A stretch of 62,925 bases of DNA, filler included, from Octopus bimaculoides (lineage: Eukaryota): the NCBI RefSeq assembly GCF_001194135.2. It is 8 parts of 8 records of this genome, joined end to end, with 100 filler letters (N's around TTAATTAATTAA, not from the genome) between each part and the next. Parts side by side here need not be neighbours in the genome. Positions count along the whole stretch, not along the records: positions 20,262 to 34,020 come from NC_068997.1; positions 34,121 to 52,066 come from NC_068998.1; 6 more parts are not named here. The stretch is one strand, 5' to 3'. The notes under the pieces are model-generated. The model saw only the letters and a list, made by a program, of their open reading frames with translations, searched no databases and was not told the DNA's origin. Within the stretch, counting starts at the first letter, position 1. The number at the start of each line of letters is the position of its first letter. Below are positions 27,850 to 41,642 of the stretch, piece by piece. The position numbers and the translations under genes were made by a program.

Positions 27850-28880
27850 TCTGAGATTTACAAGAATGAATAGAAGAGCCTTCGAGAACAACGTAGATGC
27901 TGATGGGGAAAATATCTGAATGGCTCTGATTGTAAAGAGATGTTCTGGGTTGCAGCAGAATATTGCTTAGACAAAAGTTTAGGGCTTGATCGACTGACAT
28001 TGGTTAACCGGGGTATGTATGAATGTTGCACGTCCTGAAATGTCCAATAACTTCATGATACATAAACGATGATGTGTTCAAGTATTGCATCTGTAAATGT
28101 ATGCTGAGTTGTAAAAGTTTTTTGATTAGGTACCAGATGAATTTGATTATGCACGCGGAGAGAAACTTTTGCCGTAATAGATATATTTTGTTAAGAAATA
28201 TTGTAAATATCCTTTTCCCTTTATTTTAAAGAGAAAAATAAAATGCTTACTTATATCTTATGGATGAGATTTGTTTATAAAGTTACTATTGAATGAATAT
28301 AACATCAGTTTGTTAGCACACTTGTCACAAGTCGCTCTAAGATATTTCTCTACGATAATTTCGATTTTATTCATGCACACCACTTCGGTTATAAATTTTT
28401 CTACTCCTTTTAGATTATTTCAAAATTTCTCATTCTCCTGAAGGAGAAATAGGGCAACTGCTGTGCCGAGGACGCTTATTGAGACAGAAGCATGTGTTCG
28501 CAGTTTTCTTGTGCCCAGAGTCTTAGATTGTTTTTCTGCTGTTGTTGGTGGCAAAAGGCTTTGGAATGACAGGGGTTGCCACATTTGTGGTATGTAGTTC
28601 TAAATTTCCCCTAATACTTGATGTTCTTGACTTCACAGGATTTATGACGGGTCGTGGGTCCTGCTCAGTATCCAAGGTTTCACCTGAATCAGGATTTTCA
28701 GCCTCATCTAATCCAAATTTTCCTTTCGAAATTTATTTCCAGCAGCTGCCAAGTGTCTCAAGCAGCTTGTATTTCACTTCCGTGCACCGGAAGTCTAGTT
28801 CTAGTGATACATTTGCTGTTGGTATTGCTAGCAATGATGTTATTACTGTTGCTGGTCCAGACTTCATAGTGAACAAAAAG
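27850..28880 (-). mobile_element. Heavily decayed LINE, probably I/Jockey group (ORF1 tail plus APE endonuclease)
   Basis: Near-open frames broken by single stops. LLDISGRATFIHT..SI and SHSDIFPISI resemble the APE motifs LLNDGSPT..SAIDL and GSDHFPI. Confidence 0.4.
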
Positions 28881-29727
28881 ATATAATCTTAAATTTGCAC
28901 ACATCACACACACACATACACACACACACACACACAGACACACACACGCACACACACACACACACACGAAAAACTTCTTATATGTATACATATACANNNN
29001 NNNNNNNNNNNNNNNNNNNNNNNNNNNNNNNNNNNNNNNNNNNNNNNNNNNNNNNNNNNNNNNNNNNNNNNNNNNNNNNNNNNNNNNNNNNNNNNNNNNN
29101 NNNNNNNNNNNNNNNNNNNNNNNNNNNNNNNNNNNNNNNNNNNNNNNNNNNATTACTAGTACCACTGCCTCCAACACCAGCGACTGCACAAATATATCGA
29201 CTCCATCACCACCACCACCACCGCCATCAACAACAACAACACCAACAACAACAACACCAACACCACAATCACCACCATCACAAGTGTCTCCGTAATCACT
29301 CAAATCATTATCCTGCTAACAAATGAACTTTATAAGCACACACCGCCCTCTTGCTATGTCGATAAACCAATATGACCGCCAACCACACATTATCACACCT
29401 CTATTACCAACACCAGTCGAACGAGTAGTGCTTCCTTAGCATGCTAGAAAGAGCAGTCTAATCCTCTTGAAATTCTTACCTTAACGTCTTTATGACAGAA
29501 TATTATCATAGCAACTTTTGAGAGGAACATGGGAAATAAGTGGAAGTCGTCACGGCATGATCTTCGTTGATTATAGGGTTGATGGATAACGGATGACCTT
29601 GGGCTAAACAACAAGAAAAGAAAAACAATGGTATCATCATGATTACAATGACAAGATACTACAAGCAGCACCACCACTGTCACCAGCGCAGCCACCACCG
29701 CTACTACTACAACTCCTACTACAACTT

Positions 29728-29788
<61 letters not shown>

Positions 29789-29799
29789 CGCCACCGCCG

Positions 29800-29857
<58 letters not shown>

Positions 29858-31137
29858 NNNNNNNNNNNNNNNNNNNNNNNNNNNNNNNNNNNNNNNNNNN
29901 NNNNNNNNNNNNNNNNNNNNNNNNNNNNNNNNNNNNNNNNNNNNNNNNNNNNNNNNNNNNNNNNNNNNNNNNNNNNNNNNNNNNNNNNNNNNNNNNNNNN
30001 NNNNNNNNNNNNNNNNNNNNNNNNNNNNNNNNNNNNNNNNNNNNNNNNNNNNNNNNNNNNNNNNNNNNNNNNNNNNNNNNNNNNNNNNNNNNNNNNNNNN
30101 NNNNNNNNNNNNNNNNNNNNNNNNNNNNNNNNNNNNNNNNNNNNNNNNNNNNNNNNNNNNNNNNNNNNNNNNNNNNNNNNNNNNNNNNNNNNNNNNNNNN
30201 NNNNNNNNNNNNNNNNNNNNNNNNNNNNNNNNNNNNNNNNNNNNNNNNNNNNNNNNNNNNNNNNNNNNNNNNNNNNNNNNNNNNNNNNNNNNNNNNNNNN
30301 NNNNNNNNNNNNNNNNNNNNNNNNNNNNNNNNNNNNNNNNNNNNNNNNNNNNNNNNNNNNNNNNNNNNNNNNNNNNNNNNNNNNNNNNNNNNNNNNNNNN
30401 NNNNNNNNNNNNNNNNNNNNNNNNNNNNNNNNNNNNNNNNNNNNNNNNNNNNNNNNNNNNNNNNNNNNNNNNNNNNNNNNNNNNNNNNNNNNNNNNNNNN
30501 NNNNNNNNNNNNNNNNNNNNNNNNNNNNNNNNNNNNNNNNNNNNNNNNNNTATATATATATATATGTATGTATGTATACACACACACACACACACCCACA
30601 CACACACACACACACACTCACACACACACACAATTGCTAAGACGATATACACTTGCACACATAGTTCATATGCACTGATACAATATGTACAATACAATGG
30701 AACATGAATCCATACAGATCTCTCTCATTCTCCCTCTCCCTTTATCTCACGGTCTTTCTCTCTTTCTCTTTCTCTCTCTCTATAATGGGCGTTAATCGAA
30801 ACAGTTATGACGTTTCGTTAGCGAGACATTTACCGTCTTTTTGATCCACGATGTCTTAGGCCGTAGCTTTAACAATGCTTTACTTCATTAATTTATGAAA
30901 GTGATAACGGACTTTTCAGAACTTCTATGAAAACAAGCGGCAAACTGTTCGAAAGATAACAGTAAAACTCTGTAACACGGTTTCCATTCTTGGTTAATGT
31001 CGGTCATGTGTCTGTCTTGGCCAAGTTAATGAGCTGTCATAAAAAAGCATGTAGACAAACACAAACATGCACGCATATATGTGTGTATGAATATATGTAC
31101 GTAGACATACATACATGCACAGAAACGCACATGTCCA

Positions 31138-31187
<50 letters not shown>

Positions 31188-32329
31188 CTTATCTATCTGA
31201 CTTCCTCTTCACCGAATACCACACAAATGTTTCACCATGCAAGTTTTATATAAATTTAAGGGTGAAACCTTTTTAACAGGTTTATATCCAGCACAAAACT
31301 ACCAATAATATTCTAGCCTGAATTCGCATACAAGTTCTTCCAAATGTATTTCGCATCTGAAATCCCATACTGTAAGAAAATTGAATTACAAATTAAAAGC
31401 AGTTCTAGCAATGTCAATATTATCGGTCACACATATAAAGTGTACGTATTTTGTTTATGCGCCAAATTTGTTGCGTTGTTCTTTAACACTCGGCGTCGTT
31501 CGGGAAGCTTTCCTCGGACGCTCTGCCGCAGCAAATTTGGTCCCTAAACAAAACACATATACTATGTACGTGTGAGACTAATAATGTAAATTGTTAAATA
31601 AAACAAGAAAAGAAACACTTAGAAGCTATGGAAGAATATTTATGAATTTGGCTATCCGGAGAAATACATTGTTCTCCTATTTCAGTTTGCTGACTAAAGT
31701 TCTCGATAGATTCAAAATGATACGGTGTTTATATTAACTTTTCAGCTTTTTGAAGCGTCCACACAAGGGCTATCACAAAGTTTTTGTAGATCTTATTTAT
31801 AATAAAACTGAAATTGTTAATGTACAGCGTATATATATCTATATATATATGAAATAATAATCACAGATTTGATGATATATCTGTAATACCTTACAGCACC
31901 CATGTGCGGATTATTCTGGTGTACAAATCAAGCAAGCTACCAAACAGCCAATGAAATCGGAGGGATAATTTGAATATTTTATGAAAATCAAACTGCTTAT
32001 TTGAAGACGAAATAGAAAAATTAGGTAACGATTGTTAAGGCTTGGACATAATAAAATATTTTATTCAAGGCACCACGCACATGTATACACACATACACAC
32101 GTTTAGATATATCTGAATGAATAAGGAGACCGAAAGACAGGGGGACAAAGGTGGTGAACTTTGAACGTTCAGTTAACTTCGAATGCCTCGGGGTGAGGAG
32201 AATAACGCGAATTTCCATCGTGATCTTTCATTTGGGAGAGAAAGGACATTTGCATTCAAATTTATAAATTCACTGAATAATTTTTGCAACAGAAAGCAAC
32301 AATTAGTTTCCAGTGATCGGTTTTTTTTA

Positions 32330-32404
<75 letters not shown>

Positions 32405-33522
32405 CCTAATGAAGTAACTAGTTACCATCACTCCAGCTTATCTGTACGCCTATTCTCTCTATATTCATTCTTGGATAAATACATAGGTATATATATACTT
32501 GTACATGTAAATATATTCAAATATATATGCATATATATGTATGTGTAAACATTCATGTTTATAAACGCACATATGCATATTCGTATATATATATATATAT
32601 NNNNNNNNNNNNNNNNNNNNNNNNNNNNNNNNNNNNNNNNNNNNNNNNNNNNNNNNNNNNNNNNNNNNNNNNNNNNNNNNNNNNNNNNNNNNNNNNNNNN
32701 NNNNNNNNNNNNNNNNNNNNNNNNNNNNNNNNNNNNNNNNNNNNNNNNNNNNNNNNNNNNNNNNNNNNNNNNNNNNNNNNNNNNNNNNNNNNNNNNNNNN
32801 NNNNNNNNNNNNNNNNNNNNNNNNNNNNNNNNNNNNNNNNNNNNNNNNNNNNNNNNNNNNNNNNNNNNNNNNNNNNNNNNNNNNNNNNNNNNNNNNNNNN
32901 NNNNNNNNNNNNNNNNNNNNNNNNNNNNNNNNNNNNNNNNNNNNNNNNNNNNNNNNNNNNNNNNNNNNNNNNNNNNNNNNNNNNNNNNNNNNNNNNNNNN
33001 NNNNNNNNNNNNNNNNNNNNNNNNNNNNNNNNNNNNNNNNNNNNNNNNNNNNNNNNNNNNNNNNNNNNNNNNNNNNNNNNNNNNNNNNNNNNNNNNNNNN
33101 NNNNNNNNNNNNNNNNNNNNNNNNNNNNNNNNNNNNNNNNNNNNNNNNNNNNNNNNNNNNNNNNNNNNNNNNNNNNNNNNNNNNNNNNNNNNNNNNNNNN
33201 NNNNNNNNNNNNNNNNNNNNNNNNNNNNNNNNNNNNNNNNNNNNNNNNNNNNNNNNNNNNNNNNNNNNNNNNNNNNNNNNNNNNNNNNNNNNNNNNNNNN
33301 NNNNNNNNNNNNNNNNNNNNNNNNNNNNNNNNNNNNNNNNNNNNNNNNNNNNNNNNNNNNNNNNNNNNNNNNNNNNNNNNNNNNNNNNNNNNNNNNNNNN
33401 NNNNNNNNNNNNNNNNNNNNNNNNNNNNNNNNNNNNNNNNNNNNNNNNNNNNNNNNNNNNNNNNNNNNNNNNNNNNNNNNNNNNNNNNNNNNNNNNNNNN
33501 NNNNNNNNNNNNNNNNNNNNNN

Positions 33523-33554
<32 letters not shown>

Positions 33555-33672
33555 ATCTATGTACGTGCGTGTGCGTGTGTATTTTATATATTACATATAT
33601 TACACTATATTTGATATACATTTATATACAATATACAATGTGTGTATATGTTATAAATTATCTATATATAAT

Positions 33673-33709
<37 letters not shown>

Positions 33710-34178
33710 GAAGAGAGAGACAGACAGACAGATAGTGTATGTATGCGTGTGTGTGCTGTTTGCGTATGTATGAATTAGGGTAATTCCATATGTGTATTCC
33801 TGTATGTAAATTTTCTCCGCCTATATATTGTGGAAACGAATGTGTATGAACACACTGTCACAGCCATACTCACACACTCACGAACATGCATATATACACG
33901 TATACATATACACGCATTCACACACATACACACAGGCACAAGATAAAGATCTGAAGTAACAAATTACATGAAATAAACGCGAACAATCAGGAAGTTTCGA
34001 AACTCTGGTCGACTACCCCCNNNNNNNNNNNNNNNNNNNNNNNNNNNNNNNNNNNNNNNNNNNNTTAATTAATTAANNNNNNNNNNNNNNNNNNNNNNNN
34101 NNNNNNNNNNNNNNNNNNNNATATATATATACATATATATATATACATATATATATACATACATATATACATACATAT

Positions 34179-34211
<33 letters not shown>

Positions 34212-34689
34212 AAGTGCGTCTTATATGACATGAAATACAGTATATATTTATATTACTATCATTAGTTGATTTTAGATCCTTCCCGGTGTCAACGCTATTT
34301 TTCATCATTGCAGAGTTAGTAAAATGCGGTACCACTTTATGACTCCCGTTCCACACAAAATTGCTGACATTGTGCCTAATTTAGAAACTGTTATTTTTAC
34401 CTACCATATATACCAATTATTTTTACGTCGTTGAACGACTCACTATCAGTCTAAAATTGCTATCTGTATTGCCTTAGTTTGTTGATCAAACATAGACCAG
34501 TCCTACAACGTACCATCCGTTCTGATAATGTTTCGGTATCAACGTTGACTGGCAGGAAATTTGAGATGAATTCTTCTCGTACACTAAGAGCCATATATAC
34601 TATACTACATAATTTATCTTGTATATTAATATATAATGCGTTCAATGTAGGAAGGAAATATTCAACATTTTACAATTTGCCATTATTTT

Positions 34690-34926
34690 AATGCAATGTT
34701 ATTACCCGTTCGAATACGCCAAAGGCGCGCTCAAACTTTTAAACAAGCCATTCACTGTGTTTTTTGTCACGGATTCTCGCTGTTGACAAATGGTTTACAT
34801 GTACTTAGATCAGCTCGCAACGCCACCTGTCCAGACAGTGATATACATGACAAAATACAGTGAATGACCTGTTTATAAATTCGAACGCGCCACTGGTGTA
34901 TTCGAACTGTTAATAACATTGCATTT
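34690..34926. mobile_element. MITE-like element with imperfect TIRs of about 50 bp
   Basis: AATGCAATGTTATTACCCGTTCGAATACGCCAAAGGCGCG versus the reverse complement of CGCGCCACTGGTGTATTCGAACTGTTAATAACATTGCATT. Confidence 0.6.
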
Positions 34927-37900
34927 ATACACATCATTGCTTGGCGCTCCCACCTCATAATTGTTTTAGTTTCATATGTTTTTGTGAGTTAGCGAATTAT
35001 TTATAAATTTGAATGTAAGTCCAATGAGTGTTGATATACTGAAACAAGAAAACAATTGAAATTCTTTTAATTATATCATTTTAATTTATTGATAGTTTAC
35101 AGAGTTGCTTGTGAAATATATTTGTGAAACGTGGATATATTGACAGAGAATTGCCTATTTTCGTAGAACTAATGTAATTTCACAATGTAACTAAAACAAA
35201 GAAGGAAAAAAACTGCAAAGAAAGGGTAACAGGATAAAACTCCATCACATACAAATACCAAACAGATTTAATGATTAGGCGGATATGTCTCTTACAGTAC
35301 TTGGAATACTTTGGGCTTTTCCCTCCCTTGTTTATTACCGACTCACAGACTTCAAATTTCAACGTTAACTAGTGTGTAAGGCGCCGGAGAAAGTGTATAG
35401 CAATATTTCTTCTGATTTTATCTTCAAATGTCGCCGGGATCGACTTTGCTTTTGCTCTTTAGGGATCGATAAAATAAATACCGGTTGAATACAGGGGTCG
35501 TTGTAATCTACTTGCACCCTCCCCAACAATTGCTGACCTTGTGCCAAATTTGAAACCAATATGAATTAGTGTGTAAGGCAGTTGTTAGCACCCCGGGCAA
35601 AATGCTTAGCGGCATTTTTTCCGACTTGGCGTTTTGAGTTCAAATGTCGCCGGGATCGACTTTGGTTTTTCATTCTCTCGGAATCGATAAAATAAGTACC
35701 GATTGAACACGGAGGTCGATGTAATCGACTTATTCACTCCCCACGAAATTACTGGTCACGTACCGAAATTTGAAACCAATATGAACTAGTGTGCATTAAA
35801 TTCTTTTCTTTTTGTTTCATTTTTTTCATGGTTAAAGGTGAAGCTTCAAATATACATTTATGGTGCAAAAAAGCAATTCTTGAAATTTTATTAAATATTT
35901 TCCTCCAAAGAATGCGTCATATAAACGTAGGTGGCTGCTGGCAGAATTGACCTCACTAGTCAAATAGGGTTCACAAAAACTGTCAGTTTTTTTTTCAAAC
36001 TATGATTACTCATAAACAAAGAATATATGACAACGGTCATTTTTAGCAGTATTTCTAAGCCTTTAACGTCCTGAGGACAAATTCTCCCGAAGTCGACTTT
36101 GCCTTTCATACATTCGAGGTCGATAAAATGAAGTACCAGTCGAGCACTGACATCAATATAATGGACTTACCCTCTCCCGCGAAGTTGCTGGTTTTGTGCC
36201 AAAATTTAAAATTAATATTTATCTTTTACTTGTTTTAGCCATAAAACTTGAGCCTTTCCGGGGCTCCGCCTTGAAGGGTTTAGTCGCATAAAAAAAAACT
36301 AATCGCAGTATTTATTTTTAAAGTGTGGTGTTTATTTCTCTTTTTGCCGAATCTCTAAGTTACGGGTTCGTAAACAAACAAATATCGTTTGTCAAGCGTT
36401 GTGGGTGATAACTACCTACCTACACGCGCGCGCGCACTACGTAAACAAAAACACGCATCCATCCATCCATCCATCCATCCATCATACATCCATACATACA
36501 TACATATACGACAGGCTTTCGCACAGTTTCCATGTACCAAATTCAGTCACTAAGCAATGATTGACTCGAGGTTATGGAAGACACTTGCCCAAGGTGCTAC
36601 GCAGTGGGGCTGCACCCGAAGCTAAGTGTGTGTAAGTGTGTGTGTGTGTGTGTGTGTGTGCGTGTGTGTGTGTATGTGCGCGCGGACATTAAATTTAGAA
36701 TTAAAGGTAGCTATAATAATGCAAATATTACCGGTCGCACATACATAGTGTATGACTTGTTTATGCGACAATTTGCTGAAGGGTAGCTCCTGCGGCACAT
36801 TAGGAGGTCAGGGTACTTGATTCCGCGCAAAAAATCCAAGGTTTTTTTCTTAGTGAAACCCGTGCGGGTTCACTTATCAAAATTTACCAAAATTTCTTTT
36901 ACAATGAATTCTTTGATACATAACAGTGTGAATGTATTTTTTCAAAATTCTTACCATTTTGATAATAATAAGATCATGTTTCATTTATGCCTTAGTAAAT
37001 AACAATAAGAAAGCAAGAATAAACAATATAATGATTAAAATAAGCGCGTAGATCACACAAGTTTGGCAGCCGCAAGTTCTGCAACGTAGAGAAACTAAAA
37101 CTAACTTAAAGTAATCGCTCTTGAAGTTTTAGATCACACGCCAAAGTAGCACCGCATATAATGTGAAGTATGTTTACTGGTGTGCTGTGGAGTAGCTCAT
37201 GTGAAACAAAATAAAATTTCGAATTAAAAGCACCTCTAATAATTATTTCTATTCTAGATATAAGGCTTTGAAAATTTTGTGGGGCGGGTAGTCGGTTACA
37301 TTGACCCCAGCACGTAACTGGTACTTCATCCGAAAGGTTGAAAGGCAAAGTCGACCTCCGTTGAATTTGAACTCAGAACGTAACAGCAGAAGAAATTCCG
37401 TTAAGCATTTCGCCTGGCGTGCTAACGATTCTGTCAGCTCACCGCCTTATAAGAGCAACTCTGATAATATACACATTATCTGTTGCACATAGTGTATGTG
37501 TTTTGTTTTTATACCAATCTGCTGCGATCTAGCGTCATGTAAAAGCATGTACAATCTTATAGGAACTTGTAGCTGGAATATCTGTACTAGGTTTCATTGG
37601 AATTAAAAGTATGTGAGAAACATCTACATCTAGATTGCACCCCGGCACATTACACTTAATTTTTATAGAAACATCAGGTGTCTACTTGTAAAGTATACGA
37701 CATGCTGATTTAATGATCAAAGGCTCTTGATTCCAGTTTTGTTTGACCTCTTTCAACTCTAATGCAGTCAGAACGATATATGAGTGAGGTCGGCGTATGT
37801 TTTAGAATTAACGCTTCATGATCAGTTCGGAGTGTATCACTTAATCAATGACATATGTATTAGTTGGCACATTTAAGCCGAACGGTCGATGTGAAGTAGG

Positions 37901-39117
37901 CGCAATAACGATACACCTAACGTTGACGAAGTCGGTACATTTTTTTAAATACTAGACATAAATTTCATAAACTACAAAATATAAATATCTACACTACCAC
38001 ATTTGAAACGTATCTTTATCTCGTTTTGAATGTACGGGAAGGTATTTAGAATGCCCAAACTTATTTCTGTAAATGTGCTAAGCACTGATCCTGATCATAG
38101 TTTAATCAATAAGCGTAGGAGCGAAGTAAATGCAGTAAAAATAGGGGGCTCAGTGTGGCCCCATTTAAGCGGCTCTTCAGAAATTGAACCTCCTTATGGT
38201 ACTTCCTGGGAGTTCATGGTATGAAATTCATTGTCATTGCTCCGATTTGGTCGCCAATGCTTTGTACTTAGTTTAAAATGCAGTAAAAATAGGGGTGTCA
38301 GTGGGGCCCCAATTAGGTGGCCCTTAAAAAATAGACCCTCTTAGGTCATTCCCTGGGAATAGGAGAGTTGCTGGTTTGAGTTTCGCTGTCTTTGCACCAA
38401 CGGTCTAAGAGGAGTTAACAAACATAAAAACGTAATTTATAAGACATCGTTTATTTTACGATAGATGTGTGAGAAAGGCGCATTTCTTTTTGAATCAACA
38501 AAACATTTGTATGACCATCGCACTTTTCAAAAATGAACGGTACGTGTGTAAGGTCAATACGTATATGAGGTCAGTACATTTATTAACATATAATGACATA
38601 GGTGCGAGGTGGGCACTTTTTCATTTAATCAACAATACAGGTTTGGGGTCAGCTCACTGACACTATAATTTCAGACTAGACATAAAGCACGAATGCAGAA
38701 ATATTTTTTTACAAAAACCTTCATAAAAAAGATTAAGCACGGATACAGTCTTAATAAAACATGCACAATGCGGCGAGCTGGCAGAACTGTTGGCACGTCA
38801 GATAGAATACTTACCAGCTACCGAGGTCGACTTTTCCTTTTATCTTTTTGGTGTCGAATATATCTGGCAGAATCGTCAGCGTGTCCGACAAAATACCTAC
38901 TGCCATTTCTTCTGGATCTTTACGTTTTGAGTTCAAATCCCTCCCCGGTCAATTGTGCTTTTCATCAATTCAAGGACGCGATAAAATAAGTATCAGTGCA
39001 ATACTGGGGTCGATGCGATTCACTTGCCTCCTCCTCTAAAAATTGCTGACTTTGTGCTAACATTAAAGTATTTGGGCTTTAACTTCCGTATTTTTGTACT
39101 GGTTGTTTTGGTTAAAA

Positions 39118-39148
<31 letters not shown>

Positions 39149-40479
39149 CCCCTCTCTCTCTGTCTTACGCACACATGCACATACACACACATGCACACAC
39201 ATACACACACATACGTACATACATACAAGCATTTCAGCTTCACAACTATCATTATTGGAGCAACGCAATGCATACCAACCCGTCTGGAGCAAAGTATGGC
39301 TGAACTTTGGTCTTGAAGAGAGAATGCAAATCCTTAACTCAAAAACTTCAAATGATTACAATATCTGAGACTATGGAAATCTGCAAGACCTTAAGATTTA
39401 AAGGATGATGGTTAAAACAAGATACTTTCTTTCACAACCTTACTACCAAGCAGGTGGTCGGTCAAAGTTTACTCTAAAATCGGAAAGAGAAAGAGAACAT
39501 TCATACATACATACATACATATCCGGGTCGAAACTTCTATATCCGGATTCCAATTGACTCGCTCGTTACAAATACAATCTGTAAGCGGAATGGTAAAACT
39601 CTGCAAGACTTTTCTCGAGTTTCAAATGTGACGTTGTTTTCGTTATCTACATTCCAAGGATGGAGATTTATGTCTTTGTTAGAAACTAGCTGCTTCTTCA
39701 GAGGAAGAATTTAAATGATTAAAAATAGAAGAGAAACATACATACATACATACATACATAGCTACACTCAAAACACGCACTCTTATTCAACTCGACGTTT
39801 AAGTATTCATTGCACAAGGTATTCTTCTTATTGATTTTGGTAAAAGGTCAGAAATTCTTATTATTTACATAATAACCAGACATCTTATTTTAACTGAGAT
39901 CAAGTCTATCAGAAACTTCACCGAATAGCCTTTGTTTTCCTCAAGTCCATTTTCTAAAAATATGAATTGTAACTCTGTTTCTTTGCTTTTCTTTAATGCA
40001 TTTCTATTTAATTTTGTTTGGACTAATAAAAATTTTTGTATCTAATTCAAATTAAAAGATTTTTCTATTTCGAATGCTTTCCTTTTTCTTTTTTTTTTTT
40101 TTTCCAATTTTTACTTTTCCCCTTTTCATAAGTTTTGTCAATTGTCTGTAATTTAAAAAAATATTATAAAATATTGATACGGTTTAAACCGAACTGTTAG
40201 AAAAAATACTTTGCCGTAGAATTATTGTGAATTTGAATGTCAAACCCAGAGATTTTTGTAGTACACTCCCTAGCATTCAAATTTGATAACTGACCTGTTC
40301 ACAAGACTAATAAATGGCATTAAATATAACAAAATTTGAATGCCTAATTTCATTTCGGCTTTCCCGCAAGAGGTGTTAGTTTCCTCAGTTGTCATTTAGA
40401 ATAAGTGTCAGAGCGACCGCAAGCTATGGAGCTAGTGTTTATCACAGTTAATAACTCAGAATATTAAGGTTTATTGCAA

Positions 40480-41175
40480 ATGTTGGCACAAGACCAGCAA
40501 TTTCGAGAGAGAGGAAAAGTCGATGTAATCGACCCCAGTATTCAACTGGTAATTATTTCATCGAACACGGAAGGATAAAAGGTTAAGTCACCGAAGTCCA
40601 CTTTGCCTTTCATTCTTTCGAAGTCGAATTTGAACTCAAAATGTAAAGCTGGACGAAATGTCGCTAAGCATCCGGCCCGGTGTACTTACGATTCTACCAG
40701 TTCTCCCCTCTACTTAAAGTATTAATATTAATTAAGATAGGTACTAAGACAGCGAGCTGGCTGAAACGTAAGCGCGCCGAAAAAAAAAGATATTTAACGG
40801 CATTTCTTCCGACTCTAGGTTCTGAGTTCAAATACCACCAGGATCGACTTTACCTTTCATCTTTCCGGAGTCAATAAAATAAGTACCAGTTCAACACAGG
40901 GATCGATATAATCGACTAGCTCCTTGCTCTGGAATTTCTGGCCTAGTACCAAAATCTGAAACCAATATTGTTGTAAGTAATAAGGTATCGAGCTGGCAGA
41001 ATCGTTACCGCACCAGAAAAGGGCGTAGCGGCATTTCGTCCGTCTAAACTTTCTGACTTTTAATTCCACTGAGGTCGACTTTGCTTTTCATTCTTTCGAG
41101 ATCGATAAAGTAAGTTTCGATTGAGAACTGGGATCGATGTAAATTTCGGGCCTTGTACCTATACTAGAAAGAAGT
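40480..41175. mobile_element. Family-A SINE cluster: one copy on - followed head-to-head by two on +
   Basis: Same motifs as the other family-A copies. Further dispersed copies lie at about 13485 (-), 22920 (-), 23590 (-), 35370 (x2), 36050, 37240 (-), 38770, 42175 (-) and 58780. Confidence 0.88.
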
Positions 41176-41529
41176 ACTAAACTGTTTTTAGGACAATAAA
41201 ATTCTATGCCAGATCCATATTCGAATATTGCTTCAGGCAAATACTAATTGTCTTCAGTTACACTGCATATGTAAACTTATAATATCGAATTGCGAAGACT
41301 AGCAGAAAGTCACTTGATAATATTTTCACATTTGATTTCCAGTTCTAATAATTTTTATATTTTATGTTTAATTATTTCTTTGTATAATAGGGCTCACTTA
41401 GTAAATATTGCTTTCATTATTTTTTCAGTCAGCACCAAGGTAGTCCAACTATGGAGGGGGAAGCAGTTTGTCAAGTTTTACCTTTCTCTCAAAGCAACAT
41501 AGAGATTTCAGCAGCCCATCTGTAAGCTT

Positions 41530-41567
<38 letters not shown>

Positions 41568-41574
41568 GTGTGTT

Positions 41575-41642
<68 letters not shown>

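Noticed and set aside
28542-28886. Plus-strand 114-aa ORF, and the opposite-strand MKSGPATVITSLLAIP… peptide
   Set aside because: It is better explained as part of the decayed minus-strand LINE, whose frame continues past single stops.
29480-29603. Minus-strand 124-nt exon-like segment with a strong acceptor and an AAG|GTAAGA donor
   Set aside because: It lies antisense within an old copy of the dispersed repeat ending GACCTTGGGCTAAACAACAA (also at about 9570, 25250 and 45350), whose tail supplies the polypyrimidine tract. Exonisation cannot be excluded, but there is no support for it.
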